Source of the DNA: Octopus sinensis
Lineage: Eukaryota
DNA length: 64,000 nt
Reading direction: 5' to 3'
Assembly (NCBI RefSeq): GCF_006345805.1
Contig: NC_042997.1
Location: 94,488,001-94,552,000, forward strand
Shown in pieces: positions 40,278 through 53,567 of the stretch; the stretch's first letter is position 1, and each line of letters begins with the position of its first letter. A model generated the notes under the pieces. That model was not told the DNA's origin and did no database searches. It saw only the letters and a list, made by a program, of their open reading frames with translations. A program made the position numbers and the translations under genes.

Positions 40278-40997
40278 ACAAAAGACGAAGACAGGTGTAT
40301 GAACAATGCGCATGTGCATTAGTTTGACACTCTGTAAAAATGAAAAAGTCTTTTACGAAAAAGTCCTTTTAACTGTGAGGAATGAGAGAAAATAAACAGA
40401 GAAAAAATGAAAAAGCGGTCCAGTATGGTGATGATTGGAAAAAAAGTTTAAAAGAAAGGGAGATAATAATAAAAAGAGAACCTTGGGTGAAATGTAGATA
40501 ATAATAGTGCTAGTGATCCCAACAAGAGGAGTTGCATGTGCGTGTGTGTGTGTATGTTAGAATGTTGTTGTGTGAGGGTGTAGGTGTGCATGTGTGAGTA
40601 GGGGCTAGTGACACTGACCTGTGTGAGTGTCTGCGTGTGTAACGCGTGTATGTGTTGTGTGTAGCAGATGATGTGTTCTTTTTCACGTGGTGCGTGCACA
40701 TGTGTGTGTTTGTTGTATGTGTATGTATGTGGGCAAAAGTTATCTTTTTCGATATATTTTGCCTTTGTTAATGCGTGTTGCCTTTGTATGTATATAATGT
40801 CTGTGTTCAGGTATTATTTACTTGTGTGGGTGTGGGAGTGTGTGTGATGGCGTGTGGTGTGTGTTCACGTCGAAAGCGGGAAACCCGGGTGGCTCCTTTG
40901 CAAAGACAAATGTTGTAGCGGATAGACGATAGAATGCAAATGGCGCGAGACCGGGGTGACTTTACCGAGTCTGATGTTTCGGAGGTGCTCCGCGAAA
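40278..40997 (-). mobile_element. PLE 3' remnant (GIY-YIG tail + CA-rich 3' region)
   Basis: Minus strand from ~40997 reads FAEHLRNIRLGKVTPVSRHLHSIVYPLQHLSL (cf. RF.EHLR.I....PV.RHF.S..H...DL). Confidence 0.6.
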
Positions 40998-41479
40998 TAT
41001 ATATTTATATATATAGGGTTAATCCAAACATGAAAACATAAATAGAAAACATAACAACGCGAGGGCGTGGAACAAGTATAGTGTTATTGGACGCTCAGGA
41101 AAGGAAAGATCCAAGGAAGCTAAGACGGAGGAAAAAATTCGCCAACGATACACACGCGGTCACACACACACACACACACTCGCACACGCACACACACACA
41201 CAGACACAGACACAGACACACACACACACACACAGACACACACACATATACACATATATAAAACTATCCATGTGTTTATCTAATCTTTTTATCTGCCGTG
41301 CATACTAACAGCCTTGCATACTAATGGCCATATTGTACTCTTCTGAAGCGTAGATAGCGTACCATGAGTAATTTGGGCATTTGCATAAAAACTATTTGTG
41401 ACACACACACACACTCACACACACTCACATAAACAGCCACATACATTAAATGGCAAAGTTAAACACATGACACAGATAT

Positions 41480-41760
41480 CCTTGCAAAGTTATGATGCTC
41501 ATCTATTCAGATGCATAGGAAAAGTCATGTTGTAATTATAGAAGAAAATAGGATTCCATTACGACTGTTTTACGGTGGACAGCAAAGTGTTGGCAGAAAA
41601 GCACGGAGAAGGTAAAGCGACTGCATAAAAACGGCAACCTGAGGGATCTAATAATCAATGAAAAGAACTGGAAAGAACCAAAATCTGAGGGGAGGAAACT
41701 TGTAAAGAAAGCTTTTGAAACCTATGGAGGCCGTCGTCTTAAGCCAATAAGCTAAAACTT
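41480..41760 (+). pseudogene. Degenerate C-terminus of an RTE-clade LINE ORF
   Basis: HVVIIEENRIPLRLFYGGQQSVGRKARRR*SDCIK (cf. GHV.RM...R.PK.LFYG.L..G.R....R.KD..K). Confidence 0.55.
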
Positions 41761-42710
41761 TGGCTTCGGAAAGGATGCCATCCGAACTGAAGATTTTTTA
41801 ACACCGTAACATGGTTTGAAACAGGTTGCAACAGAAAGTTGTTTCTACATAAAACCTACATACTTACATACATATACATATGCGTGTATTTATGCATGTA
41901 TGTATGTATGTATGGATGGATGGATGGATGCATGTATGTATGTGTGTATGTATGTATTTGAGAGTTCAAGTAAATGGAAAATGAAAGTACTTTTAGATTT
42001 ATAAGTTTTCGTTATTGTTTTCAATTAAGGAGAAATATAACAATCAAGACAGTTTCAAACTTTCCTGGTTTTACATAACTTTATATGAATAAATATTCAT
42101 TAGAGTAACCTTTGTTTTGTGAGATTACTTTTCAAAATTCATGGCGAATATAACTGATGCTAACTAACAGTACATGAGTAATTATAAAGGAAAATATTTT
42201 CTAATAAAAGCAAAAGTTCTCAAATGACCGGGGAAACTATATTCCATCAAATTGACTCTAGTATTGGATAGTAATCATCTAGTGGATGTTGAAAGGCAAC
42301 ATCTGTGACTTGAGCATGAAATAAACTGAAAGGAAGAGCAGAGAATTCTGCAGAATGCATTCAATGATTAAACGCAAAAACCCCCTCTGACAGCACTCAT
42401 TAAGAAATGTATTTCAGATATAAAGGGATACGTGTATGCCGGAGGCTTTGCTCATATATACACCAACACATGAGTAAACGCATGAAGATATGTACTTACA
42501 TATATGTGCATACGCATATACACCACACGGTCTCCCACATCAACACACCTATATATACATATGTATATATATATATTCACGTAAATATATATGTATACAT
42601 ATATATTTACACAAACACGTACATACATATATATATATTATATATATAAATAATATATATATATATATAATATATATACATGTACATATATATACATATA
42701 TATGTATATA

Positions 42711-42767
<57 letters not shown>

Positions 42768-44317
42768 CACGTAATGTGTGTGTATATGTGTGTATGTGTG
42801 TGTGTGTGTGTTTGTGAACGTTACATTCAAAAATAAGTAGATACACAGCTATCATTACCATTTGTACTTGTTTGCTTTCCATTTTATTTATCCTTTCGCA
42901 TATTTTGTCAATATCATTCAATGTTATGTCTGCCACTAAGCTACAATTTGCAGAATTAGATACATAAATACCGACGAAAATCATGATCATAAAATTTTAA
43001 TGGCCAAAGAGGTTCAAAGAATATTTTGTTACGTGAATTGACTTACAATTCTGATACAAAAATAATAATATTATCTTTGTCAAAGGAATACAAACTTCAA
43101 AGTGGAAGTACCAATAATTTTGTAATCTATGCTTTCCTCTAAAGTTATGATACAATATCAAAATATCATTTCTTCTCTTCAGCAACATTAAAATATACAC
43201 CCGCCTCCTTACAAGTGGGACATATCTACTCTATTTAGTGTTTAACATTAGGAATATATTTGCGTTTACTATCTAGCTTAACGTGTAGCTGCTTTGTTCT
43301 TAGTCGGAATGCAGTTATATTTAACGTATTTATAAAAGCCCATCATATATATATATCTACATATTGCTTTATTAATTACAAATGCAATTAGGTCGAAGCA
43401 TGTAATATCATATATATGTGCCAAGTGACTTTAATACTGGAATTATACATGTATGTGTGCATCTGTTCATGAGTGCTACTTTTTCCTTAAAGTCACATAG
43501 ATAAGAATCATGTTTAACAAATTAGCTCCCCAGGAATCACAGATTTCTGTGAAAAACGTCTGGTGTAGCCCGTGTTAAATTATCTTTTAAAATATTTAGT
43601 CAGCTTCAGGGGTTCGAGTTTTGACATGCTGTTCAAATACCTTGCAAGGTATACCAATCCTCTGCAACATTATCCTTTGATATTTTCAGGGGTTTACATA
43701 ATACGAGATTTGATTGGGTCCGAGAAGCTTTATTTTTCAATTAAATGTATTAACGCCTTTATCTCCTAGGAAATTGACACCTTGAACACATAGCCCATGG
43801 TAAATTATATAAAAAAAGCTCTATGTACTTATGTATGTATGTATGTATGTATGTATGTGTATGTATGTATGTATGTATGTATGTATGTATGTATGTATGT
43901 ATCCATGTATGTGTGTGTATGAATGTATGTATGCTTGTACATACCCACGTACATGTGTGTGCATGTGTCTATGTGTGTACATGGATGTAATATACTGGAA
44001 AAAAGGTTGAAGTGTGTCAAAGTTTTATATACATTTATATCTGTTTAATTAAATCGCGCTTAACATTTTATCATGAGGACAAAACATTTTTTTCGATGTA
44101 TTTATAAATATGAAAATTAAAATACAAAGCTACACTTTCACTGAATAAAAGTATATTTTGATCCAGGTGAAACTGAGTCTCTTGACAAAGTCCTAGGTCT
44201 TCAGATCGAGGATTTTGTGTGTTTCAATTTATGTATGCATGTATGTATGCACAAACGCACACACACACGTAAATATACATATACACACATCCATCCATGT
44301 ATCCATACATGCATGCT

Positions 44318-44378
<61 letters not shown>

Positions 44379-44395
44379 ATCTATATCTATCTATC

Positions 44396-44427
<32 letters not shown>

Positions 44428-44438
44428 CTATCTATCTA

Positions 44439-44538
<100 letters not shown>

Positions 44539-45348
44539 ATAACGGTTTTCTTTCTACAGCAATAAGGAAAATAAAGCTGAACGGAGGCCTCCGCTAGCGC
44601 TAACACCCCAACATCAGCACCGCCGAGAACGGAAACGACATTTAAAGCAACCACGTATATCACAACAGAATGCAATCTCGGCAACTATTATTGCAGCACA
44701 CACTACAAGATTGGAAGCAATACTAATATTATCATCAGTAACAAAGATCCTTACAGTAGGAACTACAGCAACAAAGAGAACAGAATAAACACAACGAAGG
44801 CATGTTTCGGAAAGCGAAATTTTGAAGCAAATAATATAAATAAATATGTAAGATTGACAGATGTAGTGAGACGCATTTTGTGTGTCGTAAATTTATGTTG
44901 TAACGTTGAAAGTATTTCTTCTCGTTAAGTTAATATATGCTATGATATATCCAATCAAATATAAGCTCTGCACGGAGAAATGCTACGCAAATTCATGCTT
45001 ATATATCTTATAACTTTCAAATATTATAACTTATAAGTATTTGAATAATTTATTCAGTATTTATTGTTTTCTCTTATTCGTTTTTGGAATATATTAAACT
45101 GTAGATACGTGTGATGTTTCGAATTTACATGTCAGTTTGTGAACTGCAATGTAAAAGAATATAATACGTGCAATGATATATAATGCAGTATAATTGGAAA
45201 CAAGGTTCTAACACTATAAAAAGAAATTTGTATTCTTCGTTCGGCTTTATGAACACGGAAACGTTCGAACACACATATACGTAATAGTGCAAATTTAAAA
45301 ACATGTATATGTCCAAGTAAACATACCTTTATATATACATACATTCAC

Positions 45349-45419
<71 letters not shown>

Positions 45420-45433
45420 ATATATATATATAT

Positions 45434-45467
<34 letters not shown>

Positions 45468-45640
45468 TATACACATATATACATATATGTGTGAGTGCGT
45501 GTGTGTGTGTATATATATGTGTGTCTGTGTGTGTATGTATGCGCATACATACATTTATATGAATATTTATATATGTTCACATAGGTATACATATATTCAT
45601 TCATATGTAAAGATATGTATATATATATATATATATAATA

Positions 45641-45677
<37 letters not shown>

Positions 45678-46449
45678 TATATATATACATATATGAGGGT
45701 GTTTCTATATATGTATACATATAAGTATGAACTCGCATCAGTGTGTATACATATATCTATACACACCTATAAATGAACAGACACATACACATGCACATAT
45801 ATAAGGAGGGCAATAATTTATTTCGAAAAATTATCTCTCATAATAAAAAAAAATATAACAAATATCATTAGTGGTAATCTGACTATCATTTTCAATAAAA
45901 TTACTTATGCAATATACGTGTATATTAATATGTCTGAGTCTTTGTGTGTGTGCATACGTGCGTGAGTATACATAGATATATTTGTACGTAAACACCCACA
46001 TATATATGCACCCCTGACATTGTGTGATTTGAAAGCCTGCTGACGTCAATGCGCAAAATAATATGTAATCACCTACGAAACATATATGTATGGTGGTTTT
46101 GTAACAGTTTGTGGAATATATCAGTGTTACTGTTCATTATGCTTCAATCTCCCTTTTGAAGTTTCCTATTGGCCATAAACACTTTTACTTTCTAAACATC
46201 CCACAGAAACATACATATATACACACACTCCCTTCCTCTTCACACATACACGCGTGTGTATATTTGTATTATCATGTACACATTACGTAAATGCGTGTAT
46301 TAGTTTATATTCTCCATTCTTTGAAATGTGTATATATATACAGATACAAAGATATATACTTGCATGTATATATGTATATATATATACATATATATATATA
46401 TGTGTGTGTGTGTGTATGTGTGTGTGCAGGACACATTTATGTTATATGA

Positions 46450-46520
<71 letters not shown>

Positions 46521-47059
46521 TAGATATAGATATATATGCCTATCTACGTATCTATCTGTATGTGCCTGTGTCTGTGTCTGTGTGTGGGCATGTATATGAA
46601 TGTATATATATGAGGCATGCAATATAGTGTTACATGTTTTTCTAGTTTATGTTTTCAAGATGTCATTCGTTCGTGAGATATTCTAGGTGACCAAAGATAT
46701 AGCTTTCTTTCTCAGCCGGCATGACTTTGCCGTGCGAATAAATACATACCCGTAAACATATGCGCATATATATTACACACGTAATCGTACACACACAGTC
46801 AAATAAAGATATATATATATATGCACACACTCACATATCTATAATTTCTAAACTATAGGACTGTGATAATGTGCTGAACGTAACTGAATGATCCTTCGGG
46901 TATTGTTTGGCTGTATGTTACATATATATAATTCAAAACATACAGAAGCATTAATATACCTCTTTCCATCTGTTTCGCTTTATCGATCAGTCTTTTTCTC
47001 CCGATATCTGTCTCCTGTCACTCTCTCTCACCATCGCTATATACATACGCGTATATATA

Positions 47060-47103
<44 letters not shown>

Positions 47104-47174
47104 CAGGTGGTGCTATTAAGTTAGACATGGCCTGGGCCAATACTGGCCAAAACCTTTATAAGTTATTTCTAAGT

Positions 47175-47228
<54 letters not shown>

Positions 47229-47235
47229 TATATAT

Positions 47236-47301
<66 letters not shown>

Positions 47302-47747
47302 GTTCCGTTTTCAGCAGAGAAAGACGTGATTGCCTTTGCTCTGTGAAAAGGTTTGCATAGAACGGCGAAATAACCCACTGTAGTTGCAAAACGTAAAACT
47401 CTAAGTCATAGAGATCACTACAACACTTTGGTTAAAAATATTTTAAAAAATATATATATAAATATATACATATACACAGTAATTTTCATTTTCGCCGAAA
47501 CGCACATGGTGCAAAAATAACTAAATCAAGTTATCTCCTGCAAGAAAGAAAAAGAAGTATCTCTCCTGAAAAAAATCCCGTAAACCAAAAAAAAATAATC
47601 CAGACCACATTGTTGGATTAAGTATCAATTTCATCTATTTCATATTTTATTTATTATTCTATTTTATCTTTCACTTAGGCCCACATCTTAGTTAAAGTTG
47701 CGATCGTCATTTTGTTTGTTTACTTTTTCAATATCTGTTCTCGATAT

Positions 47748-48938
47748 AATAATTTTCCAGATACTCTATCTTCTAATTAGCCTTAAGATAAATTAAATAA
47801 CGTTTAATATTGATACGTCAAATTAGCCTTAGGATTAAATTAAATAACGTTTAATATTGTTTAATATTGTTAATAATTATTGTTAATTAGCCTTAAGATT
47901 AAATTAAATAACGTTTAATATTGTTTTAATATTGTTAATAATTTTTCAGATACTCTATCTTCTAATTAGCCCTAAGATTAAATTAAATAACGTTTAACAT
48001 TAATAACGTCTAATTAGCCTTAGGATTAAATTAAATAACATTTAATATTGTTAATAATTATTGTTAATTAGCCTTAGGATTAAATTAAATAACGTTTAAT
48101 ATTGTTTAATATTGTTAATAATTACTGTTAATTAGCCTTAAGATTAAATTAAATAACGTTTAATATTGTTTAATATTGTTAATAATTATTGTTAATTAGC
48201 CTTAGGATTAAATTAAATAACGTTTAATATTGTTTAATATTGTTAATAATTATTGTTAATTAGCCTTAAGATTAAATTAAATAACGTTTAATATTGTTTT
48301 AATATTGTTAATAATTCTTCAGATACTCTATCTTCTAATTAGCCTTAAGATTAAATTAAATAACGTTTAATATTACCCACACTCTAATATAATATTAACA
48401 TTGCTAATATATTTTCAGATACTCTATCTCCTGATTAGCCTTAAGATTAAATAACGTTTTTATCCACACTCTAATATATATAATATTGCTAATATATTTT
48501 CAGATACTCTATCTTCTAATTAGCCTTAAGATTAAATTAAATAACGTTTAATATTAATAACGTCTAATTAGCCTAAGATTAAATTAAATAACGGTTAATA
48601 TTGCTTAATATTTATATAATTTTTCAGATACTCTGTCTTCTAATTAGCCTTAAGATTAAATTAAATAACGTTTAATATTACCCACACTCTAATATAATAT
48701 TAATATTGCTAATATATTTCCAGATACTCTATCTCCAAATTAGCCTTAAGATTAAATAACGTTTAATATTACCCACACTCTAAATAATAATATTATATTT
48801 GCTAATACATTTGCAGATACTCTATCCCCTAATTAGCCTTAAGATTAAATAACGTTTTTACCCAAATAACGTTTTTACACAAACTTTAATATTGTTAATA
48901 TTTCTTTTTCAAGTACTCTATCTTCTAATCAGCCTTAA
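47748..48938 (+). repeat. Complex AT-rich array, 17 copies of TAATTAGCCTTA(A/G)GATTAAATTAAATAACGTTTAATATT with a small set of alternative linkers
   Basis: AT(T/C)AGCC counted 17 times from ~47776 to ~48928, spaced about 46-96 bp. The array ends ~60 bp before the ORF1 ATG. Confidence 0.95.
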
Positions 48939-48999
48939 TATCTTCCTGTCTTCTCTCGAACATAATTAGATAGATAAAGGGATAGACGGATTATCCAGC

Positions 49000-49785
49000 A
49001 TGTCCAGAGCATGGAGACGTGACGAGCTGGATTTATTCGTACGAGCATGGGAGTGCGCCGGCGGAGATAGCCCTAGCGAGGTGATTGCGGCTGCGCTGAA
49101 GAGCAGAGGCTACAAGAGGACGGCGGCTCAGATGGAGCGAAAGAGACAGGAATTCGTGCGCTCATATGCGCTTGTACGGTCGCACATTGGCGCACTTGAT
49201 GTCATCTTTGAGAACGAGCGGGGCAAAGATGGCAAGAATGGAGACGATGAAAGAAGTCACCCCCACCTGGTGGACGCCCGGGAGGAGGTTTTGAATGAGA
49301 AACCTGCCCGGGAAGTGAACCCAGGTGCAAGTTCTCCAACCGGCAGCAAGGGCCATGGAGACGGAGAACCCGGTGAAGAGGTAGAGGGAGGAAGAAGAAC
49401 TAAAAGAAGGACTGGAAGAGCTAAAGGAAAAGAAAAAGCTCAAGCAGGACCAAAGAGTGAAACAACCAGAAATAGAAGTGGAACCGCAAAGGATGGAACC
49501 AAACAGCGCACACGGGTGTGTATGTTCTACCTGAGAGGTTCCTGCTGGCATGGAAAGGAAGGTGCAGGCTGCCGCTTTGCACATCGGGGACCCTGCCACA
49601 GAGACACGAGGCAGATGGACAAACCATCAACACAAAGAAAAGGGATGGACCACGCACCACCTGCCCCAAAGCGGAGGTACGCAGATGTTGTGCGCGCCAC
49701 AAACAGCCAACATGATGTTGTCCAAAGAGCAGCTGCTGAGCAACAATCTTTTTTGTGCATGGCACAAAGATTGTACAGCAGCTGA
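49000..49785 (+). CDS. LINE ORF1 protein: N-terminal Myb/SANT-like (trihelix) domain, basic linker, CCCH zinc finger
   Basis: WRRDELDLFVRAW...IAAALKSRGYKRTAAQMERKRQEFVRSY fits the trihelix pattern W...E...L...W...IA..L...GY.RT..Q...K...L...Y. CMFYLRGSCWHGKEGAGCRFAH is C-x7-C-x8-C-x3-H. Confidence 0.8.
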   Translation: MSRAWRRDELDLFVRAWECAGGDSPSEVIAAALKSRGYKRTAAQMERKRQEFVRSYALVRSHIGALDVIFENERGKDGKNGDDERSHPHLVDAREEVLNEKPAREVNPGASSPTGSKGHGDGEPGEEVEGGRRTKRRTGRAKGKEKAQAGPKSETTRNRSGTAKDGTKQRTRVCMFYLRGSCWHGKEGAGCRFAHRGPCHRDTRQMDKPSTQRKGMDHAPPAPKRRYADVVRATNSQHDVVQRAAAEQQSFLCMAQRLYSS

Positions 49786-49861
49786 CCTGGCTTCATCAAA
49801 CCCAAGCCCGCAGGTGGGACTACCCACTATATACCAGACCACCACAGCAAACAGACACAGG

Positions 49862-52800
49862 ATGGACACCGCCGGCAACAACGTACACCTCACCTCGATA
49901 CTCCTACTGAACATCAGAGGACTGCAAACACTCAGTAACAGGACAAAGATCCCGTTCCTGAGAGACTTTGTTGCATGCAATCAAGCCATATGCATAGCAC
50001 TTACAGAAACGCACCTGAAACCGGACATAGCAGATGCGGAGTTACACATACCACAGTATGCTGTACTACGGACCGACAGAAAGAAAGGAGTCATGGAGGT
50101 GTTGCTATGTACATCCGTGAGGACCTCACACCCCAGGTCCTCTTGTCATACTCAAACTCGGTGTGTGACACACTAATTGTACATATTAAGCAACTTGATG
50201 TAGTTGTGTGTGCTACATATCGCCCTCCAGATGCCCCAAGCCATGTGGGCAAGTTTGAAGACTGCCTTATAAAAATAGAAGAAATTCTAACCACATTAGA
50301 ACAACACATAGGTGTGCTTCTTATGGGAGACTTCAATCTGCCCAATGTCAGATGGCCCGAGGGCCTTTCTCTCCCAGGAATGACAAGATGTGAACGAGGA
50401 CAGGCGAGGTCCCTCCTGAACCTCATCAACACCCTGTACATGGAGCAGGTAATACTCCAACCAACCAGGGCAGGTAACACACTGGATCTCTGCTTCACAA
50501 ATGACATGGATCTCATCCATAATGTGAAAGTGACACCGACACTACTCTCGGATCACAAGATGATAGAGCTGACCATGTACGAGCCAAAAGAGAGCACGGA
50601 CATGCAGCCTACAAGAAACCCTCAAAATCTTTCCAGCTTGAACTACCATAAGGCAAACTGGAAACAAATTGAGAAAGAGATCCTCAAACAAAACTGGCCT
50701 AAATGTCTCTCCTCGCCAGACATCGACGTGAAACTTCAACAATTCATGTCTGTAATGCAAGCCATATGCTACAAATGTGTCCCAGAGAGAGAAGGCCACT
50801 GTACACAAGAACAAAATCCCCAGAGAGAAGAAAATTTAATGAGACGGTGTACGAAATTTTCAAATCGCCTAACAAACAGATTGAAAGCAGTGAAAAGTCC
50901 CGCCTAAAAATAAAACTGTTGGAAATCGAAAAATGTCTGCAACTCTCCCATGAAAAAGAAAGAGCAGACAAAGAAGCCTGGGCTATAGAAAACATAAAAT
51001 CTAACCCCAGAGCTTTCTACAGGTATGCCAAAGAAACAGCTACAGTGCACTGTAGAATAGAGCCACTCCTCGAAAAGGATGGCACACATACAAGAAAACC
51101 AATGAGGGTAAGTGAAATACTGAATGAGGCGGCGACGATAGATTACATCGATATAAAGGAAGACGATGTAACCAAGGCTATAGATGAAATGAAAACAGAC
51201 TCAGCTACTGGCCCCGATGGATTCCCGGCAATCCTCCTAAAAGCATGTAAGAGAGTCCTAGCAAGACCACTGCAGTTCCTCTTTCAGAGCTTCCTTGCAG
51301 CTGGCAAACTTCCAGGAAAACTGAAGGAAGGTAAAATATGCCCCATTCATAAAGGAGGTAGCAGAGCGGAAGCCAAGAACTATAGACCTATCTCTCTGAC
51401 CTCACACATCAGCAAGGTCATGGAACGAATAGTCAGAAGGAAGCTGATCACCTTCCTTGAAGAGAATGACTTGCTGCCCGACACCCAACATGGTTTCCGA
51501 CCAGGGAGAAGCTGTTTAACTCAGCTCCCACAACACTATGACTGGGTGCTGAAACGGCTGCTCAACCACTCAAATGTGGAAGTGATATATCTCGACTTTG
51601 CAAAGGCCTTTGATAAAGTCGATCATGGAATGATATGTCACAAACTGCGTGATCTCAACATAGTTGGAAAACTGGGAGAATGGCTTCATGACTTTCTGAA
51701 GGATAGAAGTCAGGTGGTAGTAGCCAATGGGGCCACCTCCATTAACACACAAATAGTGAGCGGTGTTCCGCAGGGCACTGTTCTGGGACCACTACTGTTC
51801 ATAATGGCCCTCTCAGACATGCCCTCAGCCACGCAGAGAGCCACGATCACAAGTTATGCAGATGATACAAAAGTTTCACAGGCAATACAGAACCCTGAGG
51901 ACACTAAACACCTGCAATGTGAGCTGGACGAAATATACAAGTGGGCTGAAAAGAATAGCATGCAGTTCAATGCTGGAAAGTTTCAAGCTTTATACTATCA
52001 GCATGCAAAACTGAATGCAATACCCAATGAATACACTGGACCCGGAGGGATTGCAATCCCAGAGGCACAATCAGTGCGTGACCTGGGTATTCACATGAGT
52101 GATGACGCGACCTTTCATGTACATGTTGCTAAACTGACAATGAAATGTAGACGGCTGGCTGGATGGATTCTTAGAACCTTTAGAACAAGAGAACAATAAC
52201 CATGATGGTCCTCTGGAGACACTTGTCCTAAGCCACTTTGACTATTGCTCTCAGCTATGGTCACCATCCAGTGTCAACTTGATCACAGAACTTGAGGCGA
52301 TCCAACGAAGCTACACAAAGAAGATAGCCTCTATGCAGAATGTAAGCTAGTGGGAAAGACTCAAGAGATTAAAATTATATTCCTGGAGCGTAGGCGGGAA
52401 AGATATGCCATAATATACATCTGGAAGATCCTGGAGGAAGTGTCCTGAACTTTGGCATCGAGAGTTACGCAAATGCCAGAACTGGGCGCCACTGCGTGGT
52501 GCCTAGGACTCCAAACCTGCCATCAAGATGTAGGACAAGATTCTGTGATAGCCTGGGCTTCCGAGGCCCACAGCTCTTCAATATCCTCCCGAAGAACCTG
52601 AGAGACCTGCATGGGGTGGATACAGATGTCTTTAAAATGAAGCTGGATCTCTTCCTGTCAGGTGTCCCAGATGAACCAACTTCACGGCAGGAGGGGCAGA
52701 TGAGGGCAGCTGCATCGAACTCTCTCATGCCCATCCAGTGTCAACTTGATCACAGAACTTGAGGCGATCCAACGAAGCTACACAAAGAAGATAGCCTCTA

Positions 52801-53231
52801 TGCAGAATGTAAGCTAGTGGGAAAGACTCAAGAGATTAAAATTATATTCCCTGGAGCGTAGGCGGGAAAGATATGCCATAATATACATCTGGAAGATCCT
52901 GGAGGGAAGTGTCCTGAACTTTGGCATCGAGAGTTACGCAAATGCCAGAACTGGGCGCCACTGCGTGGTGCCTAGGACTCCAAACCTGCCATCAAGATGT
53001 AGGACAAGATTCTGTGATAGCCTGGGCTTCCGAGGCCCACAGCTCTTCAATATCCTCCCGAAGAACCTGAGAGACCTGCATGGGGTGGATACAGATGTCT
53101 TTAAAATGAAGCTGGATCTCTTCCTGTCAGGTGTCCCAGATGAACCAACTTCACGGCAGGAGGGGCAGATGAGGGCAGCTGCATCGAACTCTCTCATGCA
53201 CCAAATAGCAGTTGCTAGAAAGCCTCCATGA
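49862..53231 (+). pseudogene. LINE ORF2 (AP endonuclease + reverse transcriptase), frameshifted
   Basis: APE motifs: LLNIRGL, IALTETHL, GGVAMYI, YRPP, MGDFN, LDLCF, SDH. RT motifs: GPDG, YRPISLTS, QHGFR, YLDFAKAFDKVDH, GVPQGTVLGPLLF, YADD. Frameshifts at ~50080, ~50795-50840 and ~52200. Probable linker deletion at ~51128. TAG at 52348 and 52815. Confidence 0.95.
52264..53199 (+). repeat. Tandem duplication of ~468 bp within the ORF2 3' end
   Basis: 52264-52730 equals 52731-53199 except for two 1-nt homopolymer differences. Confidence 0.95.
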
Positions 53232-53325
53232 AGTGAAACCAAGTAGCAACACCAAATGGCGGTGCCCCAGCATGGCCACAGCTCATAAGCTGAAACTAGA
53301 ATCAATCATATATGTACACACACAC

Positions 53326-53360
<35 letters not shown>

Positions 53361-53363
<3 letters not shown>

Positions 53364-53502
53364 GGAGTAAACACATAAATGTGAAAGAAGGTGGAAAAAA
53401 GAGTACTCAAATACCAGTGGTAGAGTAATATGCTTTATTTAAAGCAGCAGAAAATTCAACAAAACCTGTTACTTTGAGTTTCACGTTTCTGTTCGTCGGA
53501 CA

Positions 53503-53503
<1 letters not shown>
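53361..53503 (-). mobile_element. Short pLTR-like insert in (TA)n with a hammerhead-like motif at 53466-53503
   Basis: CUGU-CCGACGA-AC(agaaac)GU-GAAAC-ucaaa-GUA^-ACAG followed by AAUAAA. Same family as 38786-38940. Confidence 0.78.
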
Positions 53504-53555
<52 letters not shown>

Positions 53556-53567
53556 GATATTATTATA

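Larger units (their letters stand above)
47299..53308 (+). mobile_element. Near full-length CR1-group LINE (5' UTR with repeat array, ORF1, APE-RT ORF2, 3' UTR), inactivated; 5' boundary inferred
   Basis: Two-ORF structure, a 3' tail shared with truncated copies, and (TA)n-rich tracts at both ends. Confidence 0.9.

Noticed and set aside
47101-47172. HDV-like ribozyme at the LINE 5' end (GGCCAGG...CCTGGGCC island inside TA repeats)
   Set aside because: A P1-like pairing exists, but I find no P3/L3, P1.1 or catalytic C-R-A junction. It is left as an unexplained island.
47748-48938. CRISPR array
   Set aside because: Linkers are reused and vary widely in length, there are no cas genes, and the context is a eukaryotic LINE.
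49162-53305. Antisense ORFs overlapping the LINE
   Set aside because: They are shadow frames of GC-richer coding sequence with no independent motifs.
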